Shown one piece after another: positions 8,091 to 14,386 of a DNA stretch of 29,154 nucleotides. The stretch comes from a virus (Duplodnaviria > Caudoviricetes). The DNA lies in IMG/VR virus record IMGVR_UViG_3300025671_000362, positions 1 to 29,154 of that record; one strand, 5' to 3'. The notes below the pieces were generated by a model. The model ran no database searches. It was not told the origin of the DNA and was given only the letters and a program-made list of their open reading frames with translations. Within the stretch, counting starts at the first letter, position 1. The number at the start of each line of letters is the position of its first letter. The position numbers and the translations under genes were made by a program.

Positions 8091-9466
8091 TGCAGCTCTC
8101 TGAACTGATCCTAACCTACGAACGGCATCCAGACCTGTTTGTCGAGGACCTGCTGGGCGTGACTCCCCAGGACTGGCAGAGGGAAGTGATGTCTGCAGTG
8201 GCAAAGGGACAGCGGAGGTGCAGCATCCGCTCTGGGCATGGAGTCGGAAAATCATCCTGTGCCAGTTGGTTGATGATCTGGTTTCTCCTGACGAGGTATC
8301 CGGTCAAGGTGGTGGTCACAGCACCAACAGCCTCCCAGTTGTTCGATGCCCTCTTTGCAGAGTGCAAGAGATGGATCAAGGAACTCCCCACCCCAATCAA
8401 ATCTTTATTGGAAATGAAATCTGACCGGATTGAGTTGGGTTCTTCTCCAACGGAGGCATTCATCTCAGCCCGAACGAGCAGATCCGAATCCCCAGAATCC
8501 CTGGCAGGAGTCCATGCAGACCATGTATTGCTGGTCGTAGACGAGGCCAGTGGGGTACCGGAGTCGGTCTTTGAGGCAGCGTATGGTTCGATGTCTGGGA
8601 AGGATGCCACAACGATCCTGCTCGGCAACCCCACCAGATCATCAGGATATTTCTACGAAACGCACACAAGACTGCGGGACAGTTGGTGGACGAAACAGGT
8701 CAGTTGCCTTGATTCTCCCCTGGTCTCTCCAGACTTCATCCAAGAGATGGAACTGAAGTACGGTGCCGAGAGCAACGCGATGAAAGTGCGGGTATATGGT
8801 GAGTTTCCAACTGCAGAGGACGACACCCTGATCTCTCTGCATGCGGTGGAGCAAGCCAGCAAACGCACAGTCGAGCAACCGGAGGGGACCCCTGTCGTCT
8901 GGGGATTGGATGTCGCACGATATGGGGACGATGCCAGTGTCCTCTGCATCCGCCAGGGCAGACACCTGATGGAACTGCACAGTTGGAAGAAACTCTCATT
9001 GATGGAACTTGCCGGACGGGTGCTGGATCTCCTGCACAGCAGTGACGAACCTCCCGAGGAAATCCTGGTGGACAGCATTGGTTTGGGGGCAGGGGTCTTG
9101 GACCGACTGCGGGAACTCGACATCAGTGCCAGAGGGGTGAACGTCTCAGAGAGTCCTGCAATGGCAGACCGATATGCGAATCTCCGTGCAGAGTTATGGG
9201 ACAAGACAAAGGATTGGTTTACGCAAGAGGTGCAGATTCCCAATGATGATTCTCTGATCGCAGACCTAACAGCACCAAGATACTCGTTCAACTCATCGGG
9301 CAAGATGCTGGTGGAGAGCAAGGCAGAGACCAAGAAACGGTTGGGCAGGTCAACCGACTTTGCAGATTCGTTGGTCCTCACATTCGCAAGCACAGCAGCC
9401 GGAGCATCAGGGCAGTACAGACGGAAGAAACGAGGCCGCAGGAGGAATGTGGGAGGAGTGGTTTGA
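8090..9466 (+). CDS. terL: Terminase large subunit
   Basis: Walker A RSGHGVGKS, Walker B VVDEASG, coupling motif LGNPT, RNase H-fold nuclease motifs GLDVARYGDD and STDFADS. Confidence 0.96.
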   Translation: MQLSELILTYERHPDLFVEDLLGVTPQDWQREVMSAVAKGQRRCSIRSGHGVGKSSCASWLMIWFLLTRYPVKVVVTAPTASQLFDALFAECKRWIKELPTPIKSLLEMKSDRIELGSSPTEAFISARTSRSESPESLAGVHADHVLLVVDEASGVPESVFEAAYGSMSGKDATTILLGNPTRSSGYFYETHTRLRDSWWTKQVSCLDSPLVSPDFIQEMELKYGAESNAMKVRVYGEFPTAEDDTLISLHAVEQASKRTVEQPEGTPVVWGLDVARYGDDASVLCIRQGRHLMELHSWKKLSLMELAGRVLDLLHSSDEPPEEILVDSIGLGAGVLDRLRELDISARGVNVSESPAMADRYANLRAELWDKTKDWFTQEVQIPNDDSLIADLTAPRYSFNSSGKMLVESKAETKKRLGRSTDFADSLVLTFASTAAGASGQYRRKKRGRRRNVGGVV

Positions 9467-9468
9467 GG

Positions 9469-9529
9469 TTCCAACTTTTTCCAACTAAATTCCAACTAAA
9501 TCCCCCAGTAATTTATACATATATATATA
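9469..9529. repeat. Three phased TTCCAACT repeats followed by an AT/(TA)n tract
   Basis: TTCCAACT at 9469, 9479 and 9490; TAATTTATACATATATATATA at 9509-9529, ending at the dcd SD. Confidence 0.6.
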
Positions 9530-9540
9530 GGAGCAATCGG

Positions 9541-10062
9541 ATGGTCCTCTCTGACGAAAAACTGATGGAATTGATTCACAGTGGCTACATCCCCAGTGAT
9601 GTCCATTTGGGACCCTGTTCAGTGGATCTGACTCTGGCAGAAGACTACCTAGTGCCACACTTACCAGAAGATCGTCCGTACATCACGGTCACAGAAGACT
9701 ACCCCCACCGTCTGGCCCCCGTTGAGACCTTTGTTCTCTACCCACAGAAGTTTGTGTTGGCCTCAACGAATGAACTGATCAAGATTCCAGATCATATGTG
9801 CGGAGTCGTGCATGGGAGATCGAGTGTGGGAAGGTTGGGCATCCAAGTACAGAATGCAGGTTTCATCGACGCTGGATTTGTAGGGCAGATCACCCTGGAA
9901 CTGGTGAATCAGAGCAATGCTCCAGTCCTGCTGAAACCAATGATGCGGATCTGCCAGCTCGTGATGCACAACCTACATGGACAGTCGAAGCGCCCATACC
10001 GAGGGAAGTACCAGGGGCAGGTGGGTCCCACTCCATCGAGGATCAAGGAGGACGAGGAGTGA
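9541..10062 (+). CDS. dcd: dCTP deaminase
   Basis: MVLSD start, PCSVDLTL, GRSSVGRLG, AGFIDAGFVGQITLEL, RICQL, YRGKYQGQ. SD GGAG at 9530-9533 supports start 9541 rather than 9463. Confidence 0.93.
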   Translation: MVLSDEKLMELIHSGYIPSDVHLGPCSVDLTLAEDYLVPHLPEDRPYITVTEDYPHRLAPVETFVLYPQKFVLASTNELIKIPDHMCGVVHGRSSVGRLGIQVQNAGFIDAGFVGQITLELVNQSNAPVLLKPMMRICQLVMHNLHGQSKRPYRGKYQGQVGPTPSRIKEDEE

Positions 10063-11057
10063 GAACCCATCTCGATCTCTTCAGTGGGATTGGAGGTTTT
10101 GCGCTTGCTGCAGGTTGGGCAGGTTTCACCACAGTAGGATTTGTAGAATATGAAGATTTTCCAAGAAGAATTCTGGGGAAACAGTTCCCAGGTATACCCA
10201 TCCATTCAGACATCCACGACTTTGACGCAACCCCCTTCCGAGGAGTTGACCTCATCACAGGCGGATTCCCGTGCCAACCGTTCAGTGCTGCCGGGAAGCA
10301 AAGAGGCAAGGAAGATGACCGTTGGCTCTGGAAGGAAATGCTCCGAGTTATTGTCGAAGCACAACCCACTTGGGTCCTTGCTGAAAACGTTGCTGGTCTC
10401 ATCAACATGGCACTCGACGAGGTGCTGGCTGACCTGGAAGCCCAAGACTACGCCACGGCAACGGTTATACTTCCAGCTTGTGCCAAGAATGCCCTCCACC
10501 GCAGAGACCGAGTCTGGATCATTGCAAAGCGGGATGCTGGGAACCCCAACAGCAGTGTCAAAGGCAAGATCAGAGAGATTCCAAGCAGGCAATCGGATTC
10601 CGAATCCAGAGGAGTTCGTCCAGATGTGGCCTACCCCGAGGGCAACGGACTTCAAGGGGGCAGGGCCAGGAACAAACGATCAGAGTATTCAGAAGAGGTT
10701 GGACAACGGAACCAAGAATCTCTCCGAAACAGTGCAGGCAGTACAGAGGGGGATGTGGCCCACTCCGACAGCAAACGAGGATGCAGCAGGGACTCCGAAC
10801 GGCAAGATGCAGAGGATGCTGGGCAATCATCCAGAAGTACGCAACACGGGACAGGGAAGTTTGTCGGCAGACTGGACGGAGCAGTTGATGGGATATTCAG
10901 CGGGTTGGACTTCCCTCGACGATGGGGAGACGGATCCTGGGAAGACGGAATCCCTAGAGTGACCACACAGAAGAAGGGAAGAACCCAACGACTGAAGGCA
11001 CTAGGCAACTCGATTTTACCACAGGTTGCCTACGAGATCATCCGACATTTCGACTAA
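10059..11057 (+). CDS. DNA (cytosine-5)-methyltransferase, catalytic (alpha-like) chain
   Basis: GTG start overlaps the dcd stop. Motif I DLFSGIGG, IV GGFPCQPFS, VI ENV, VIII HRRDRVWI, X LKALGNS; no motif IX recognisable in this frame. Confidence 0.92.
   Translation: MRTHLDLFSGIGGFALAAGWAGFTTVGFVEYEDFPRRILGKQFPGIPIHSDIHDFDATPFRGVDLITGGFPCQPFSAAGKQRGKEDDRWLWKEMLRVIVEAQPTWVLAENVAGLINMALDEVLADLEAQDYATATVILPACAKNALHRRDRVWIIAKRDAGNPNSSVKGKIREIPSRQSDSESRGVRPDVAYPEGNGLQGGRARNKRSEYSEEVGQRNQESLRNSAGSTEGDVAHSDSKRGCSRDSERQDAEDAGQSSRSTQHGTGKFVGRLDGAVDGIFSGLDFPRRWGDGSWEDGIPRVTTQKKGRTQRLKALGNSILPQVAYEIIRHFD
10150..10962 (+). CDS. Nested +1-frame ORF: putative beta chain of the methyltransferase (PTP repeats plus motif IX-like segment)
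   Basis: 270 stop-free codons inside the MTase gene; repeats MLGTPTA, MWPTPRA, MWPTPTA; C-terminal LSADWTEQLMGYSAGWT resembles motif IX. Start uncertain. Confidence 0.65.
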   Translation: MKIFQEEFWGNSSQVYPSIQTSTTLTQPPSEELTSSQADSRANRSVLPGSKEARKMTVGSGRKCSELLSKHNPLGSLLKTLLVSSTWHSTRCWLTWKPKTTPRQRLYFQLVPRMPSTAETESGSLQSGMLGTPTAVSKARSERFQAGNRIPNPEEFVQMWPTPRATDFKGAGPGTNDQSIQKRLDNGTKNLSETVQAVQRGMWPTPTANEDAAGTPNGKMQRMLGNHPEVRNTGQGSLSADWTEQLMGYSAGWTSLDDGETDPGKTESLE

Positions 11058-11104
11058 CCCAGATTTAACTTGCATCTCCTGCAAAACCTTGCTGCAGTTT
11101 CCGG

Positions 11105-11131
11105 TAATCTGAGTAATCCGAATTATCTGGA
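11105..11131. promoter_or_regulatory. TAAT-N4-ATTA / 9-bp-period site, copy 2 (upstream of the portal-containing gene run)
   Basis: TAATCTGAG TAATCCGAA TTATCTGGA; palindrome at 11114-11125; abuts the SD of the gene at 11137. Confidence 0.65.
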
Positions 11132-11136
11132 GACAG

Positions 11137-11412
11137 ATGGCAATTACTTACCGAAACGAACGGTTTGCTGGCTACAACAAGGCCAAGCGAACCCCCTCCC
11201 ATCCGAAAAAATCCCATGCGGTGCTTGCCAAGGAAGGGGACACCGTCCGCTTGATCCGCTTTGGACAGCAGGGAGTCCAGGGTGCAGGGTCCAATCCCAA
11301 GACCAAGTCGGAGAAGGCACGACGAGCATCCTACTATGCCCGTCACAATGCCCAGGGCAAACCGACCTCCAAACTCTCAGCCAAATACTGGTCCCACAAA
11401 ACAAAATGGTGA
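11137..11412 (+). CDS. Basic hypothetical phage protein
   Basis: SD GGAG at 11129-11132; RLIRFGQQG...RRASYYARH...SAKYWS pattern recalled from small viral proteins. Confidence 0.8.
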   Translation: MAITYRNERFAGYNKAKRTPSHPKKSHAVLAKEGDTVRLIRFGQQGVQGAGSNPKTKSEKARRASYYARHNAQGKPTSKLSAKYWSHKTKW

Positions 11413-11413
11413 A

Positions 11414-11590
11414 ATGAAACCAGGACTCTACGCGAACATCCACAAGAAGAAAAAGAGGATTGCCGCACAGAAAGCGGCAAAGAAGGCAGGCAAGAATGTG
11501 AAGGTGGAGAAAATGCGAAAACCTGGATCGGCAGGCGCACCGACTGCCAAGGCATTCAAAGAATCCGCAAAAACGGCAAAGAAGAAGTGA
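11414..11590 (+). CDS. Small Lys/Ala-rich basic protein
   Basis: MKPGLYANIH...KMRKPGSAGAPTAKAFKESAKTAKKK; ATG 1 nt after the upstream stop; GTGA overlap downstream. Confidence 0.78.
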   Translation: MKPGLYANIHKKKKRIAAQKAAKKAGKNVKVEKMRKPGSAGAPTAKAFKESAKTAKKK

Positions 11591-12303
11591 GGAAACTAGA
11601 ATACCAGCAGGGACTGCTGGATGAACCGACAGATTTGGACGAATCCGACTTTCTGGAATCCATTGCCCGAACAATCTTCCGCAAGGGAGGAGGTTTGCTC
11701 GGAGAACTGCTGAACCCTGCAGAGACTGGTCTGGACGAAGGATACCTCGATGATCAGGGGAGACTGGTTGTCACAGAACCCCTGGTGCGGGAGAGGAACT
11801 TCCGCAACTGGTTTGGAGACAGCAAGGTCGTTGATGAGGAGGGCAAGCCTTTAGTGGTGTATCACGGAACAGGTGCAGATATTAAAGAAATTAAACCTGC
11901 AGGACGACAAGACAAGTCCTCAGAAGAAGCACTGGATTGGTTTAGAGACCGAATTTCAAAAAACAGGAATATCCCTCTGCACAGTTGGCGGATGGGGTCC
12001 TTCTTTTCGCCAAAACCAGAATACACCGATAGTTATACAAATGAAGGCAAGGGGATGGTCTATCCGGTTTATTTAAAAGCAGAGAACCCTGCTTGGAGAG
12101 ACAACGTGGAGAAAACGTACAAGGTAACAAATCCGAAGAAAACTCCTGATGCGTTGATCATTCACCACAATGGAGACATCAACGAGATCGTTGTCCCAGA
12201 CCCAACCCAGATCAAGAGCATCCACAACCGTGGAACGTACAACCCAGATGATCCTGACTTGCTAGGAATGAACACAATGAACATGAGCCTACTCTATGGC
12301 TGA
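11587..12303 (+). CDS. Putative ADP-ribosyltransferase (ART-PolyVal-like domain)
   Basis: NFRNWFGDSKVVDEEGKPLVVYHGT, GSFFSP, VYPVYLKAENP and NEIVVPDPTQIKSIHNRGTY match my recollection of the ART domain of phage/plasmid polyvalent proteins. Confidence 0.75.
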   Translation: MRKLEYQQGLLDEPTDLDESDFLESIARTIFRKGGGLLGELLNPAETGLDEGYLDDQGRLVVTEPLVRERNFRNWFGDSKVVDEEGKPLVVYHGTGADIKEIKPAGRQDKSSEEALDWFRDRISKNRNIPLHSWRMGSFFSPKPEYTDSYTNEGKGMVYPVYLKAENPAWRDNVEKTYKVTNPKKTPDALIIHHNGDINEIVVPDPTQIKSIHNRGTYNPDDPDLLGMNTMNMSLLYG

Positions 12304-14386
12304 ATCCCCCACTCCAATGACTGCAGAAGATCTGAAAGCCTGGATTGCTGGCACGATCCAAGACTCCGTGGACCACATCGATGACGAGGTTTCACCCGTC
12401 CGTGCCTCTGCATTTAGATATTACCTTGGTGCTCCCTTCTCTGACAGTGGAGACTCTCCTGCGGAGGAAGATGGCAGATCGCAGGTAGTCAGTCGGGAAG
12501 TCCATGATGCCGTGCATTCAATGTTGCCTAGTCTGATGCGGGTCTTCTTTTCTCATGACAAGAGTTGTGAGTTTATCCCACGGGGTCCAGAGGATGTCGC
12601 AGGTGCCGCACAGGCCACGGAGTTGGTGAGCTGGTATCTCGAACAATCCAATGCCTACTCGGTATTCGCAGATGCCATCAAAGATTGTTTGATCAAGGGC
12701 GAGGGCATCATCAAGGTTTGGCATGAAACCCAGTACGACATTCAAACGCGAGAACTGCAGGGCCTGGATGAGCTGCAGATCGGTCTGTTCGTTCAAGAGG
12801 GCTATGAAGTAACGTCAAGCGAAGAGTTGGAAGATACTCCAGGTTTGTATTCGGTCGTGCTGACGAAGCGAACTCCACGGGGCAAGATCCGGTTGGAGTG
12901 TCTTCCACCAGAAGAATTTTTGATCAATAGAACAGCAACTTCCTTGGATGACGCGAAGATTGTCGCACACCGACAACTGCTGCGGGTCGGAGACCTGGTT
13001 GAACTCGGCTACCCCTACGAAACCATCATCCAGTACAAGGGATATGAAGATGATTTTAGATCAAACGAAGAATGGAACCTGAGACATCCGAACTGGAGAG
13101 AAGAGGACGATACCGACAGTGACCCTAGCAATCGATTAGTCCAGTACGTTGAGAGTTTCGTCAGAGTTGATGCCGATGGAGATGGAGTGCCCGAACTGCG
13201 GAGGATCTGCACCATTGGGCAGGGCCATGAGATCATCATGAACGAACCTGTTGATTCTCACCCCTTCTTGCTCATCCGCAAAGATCCCTTACAGCACACC
13301 TGGAGAGGGATGAGTCTGTACGATGAGTTGGCAGACATCCAACGGATCAAGTCGGCAGTCATGCGGAACATGCTGGACAGTCTCTCTCTCAGCACCAGAC
13401 CCCGCATTTCATACCTTGAGTCTGCTGTGGACTGGGAAGACCTCGCCAATGATGAGGTTGGGGCACTGATTCCAATGCGACAGGCAGGCGCAATCCAAAT
13501 GCTGGAAATGCCTTTCGTGGGTGCTGCTGCATTCCCTTTGTTGCAGTATTTGGATCAAGTCAAGGAAACCCGCACAGGAATCTCCAAGGCATCACAAGGA
13601 CTCGATGCCGAGCATCTCCAATCAACCACTGCAATCGGGATATCTGCGAGTCAGAAGGCAGCCCAGGCCAGACTGGAGTTGATCGCAAGGAACATTGCAG
13701 AGTCCGGTTTCAAACCGTTGTACAAGAGACTGCTGCAGCTCACACTCCTCCATATGGACCAACCCACCGTGATGCGGCTGCGGGGTGAGTTCGTCCAGGT
13801 CGATCCTCAAGGGTTTGCAGACTACGATGTGCTGATCACCCTCCCTCTGGGACGAGGCAGTGAGGAGGAACGCAGACAGGCACTGCTGGGACTGCTGGAA
13901 AAACAGGAGATGCTGATTGCCCAGTACGGACCCATGAATCCGATTGTCGGACCCGAACAGTATTACCAGACATTGCAACGTCTCTTTGCAGATCAGGGGT
14001 TAGGTGCCGAGGCAGGATCATACCTACGTCCTCCACAGCAGATGCAGGCTCTCTTGCAGCAACAGATGCAGCAAGTTCTGCAGCAACAGAACGAACCTCC
14101 AAAACCCTCACCGGAAGAAATGCTGGCCCAGGCAGAGATCCAACGCAAACAGCTCGAGGTGGCCCAACGTGCCGAGGAGATGAAACGAGAGGATGACCGC
14201 AAACGGGATGAGATGGAAGCGGAGTTGTTCCTGAAATTGAAGGAACTCTCCTTCAAATACGGACAACCGATTGATGCCTCCCCACTGCTGGATGCCCTGA
14301 CCCGCAACCGTGAGCTGGAGAGAGTGGACCAGGTGAGACAACAGCAGTTGTATGAGCAAACTCCACCAGGACAGATGCCAGTATGA
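12296..14386 (+). CDS. Portal protein (P22-like/podoviral)
   Basis: 696 aa; GRSQVVSREV, LMRVFF, FIPRGPEDV, PPEEFLI, LADIQRIKS..RNMLD, ETRTGIS; Gln-rich coiled C-terminus; lies between terL and scaffold. Confidence 0.92.
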   Translation: MAESPTPMTAEDLKAWIAGTIQDSVDHIDDEVSPVRASAFRYYLGAPFSDSGDSPAEEDGRSQVVSREVHDAVHSMLPSLMRVFFSHDKSCEFIPRGPEDVAGAAQATELVSWYLEQSNAYSVFADAIKDCLIKGEGIIKVWHETQYDIQTRELQGLDELQIGLFVQEGYEVTSSEELEDTPGLYSVVLTKRTPRGKIRLECLPPEEFLINRTATSLDDAKIVAHRQLLRVGDLVELGYPYETIIQYKGYEDDFRSNEEWNLRHPNWREEDDTDSDPSNRLVQYVESFVRVDADGDGVPELRRICTIGQGHEIIMNEPVDSHPFLLIRKDPLQHTWRGMSLYDELADIQRIKSAVMRNMLDSLSLSTRPRISYLESAVDWEDLANDEVGALIPMRQAGAIQMLEMPFVGAAAFPLLQYLDQVKETRTGISKASQGLDAEHLQSTTAIGISASQKAAQARLELIARNIAESGFKPLYKRLLQLTLLHMDQPTVMRLRGEFVQVDPQGFADYDVLITLPLGRGSEEERRQALLGLLEKQEMLIAQYGPMNPIVGPEQYYQTLQRLFADQGLGAEAGSYLRPPQQMQALLQQQMQQVLQQQNEPPKPSPEEMLAQAEIQRKQLEVAQRAEEMKREDDRKRDEMEAELFLKLKELSFKYGQPIDASPLLDALTRNRELERVDQVRQQQLYEQTPPGQMPV

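Noticed and set aside
8653-9495. 280-aa minus-strand ORF and other long antisense ORFs (e.g. 2831-3547, 4713-5294, 8116-8634)
   Set aside because: They shadow well-supported plus-strand genes, lack motifs and oppose the uniform gene orientation.
9463-9540. Extended dcd start at 9463
   Set aside because: Translates the repeat/TA tract; the family N-terminus and the SD point to 9541.
9798-10058. 87-aa N-terminal extension of the methyltransferase
   Set aside because: Overlaps dcd out of frame; motif I begins right after GTG 10059, which is coupled to the dcd stop.
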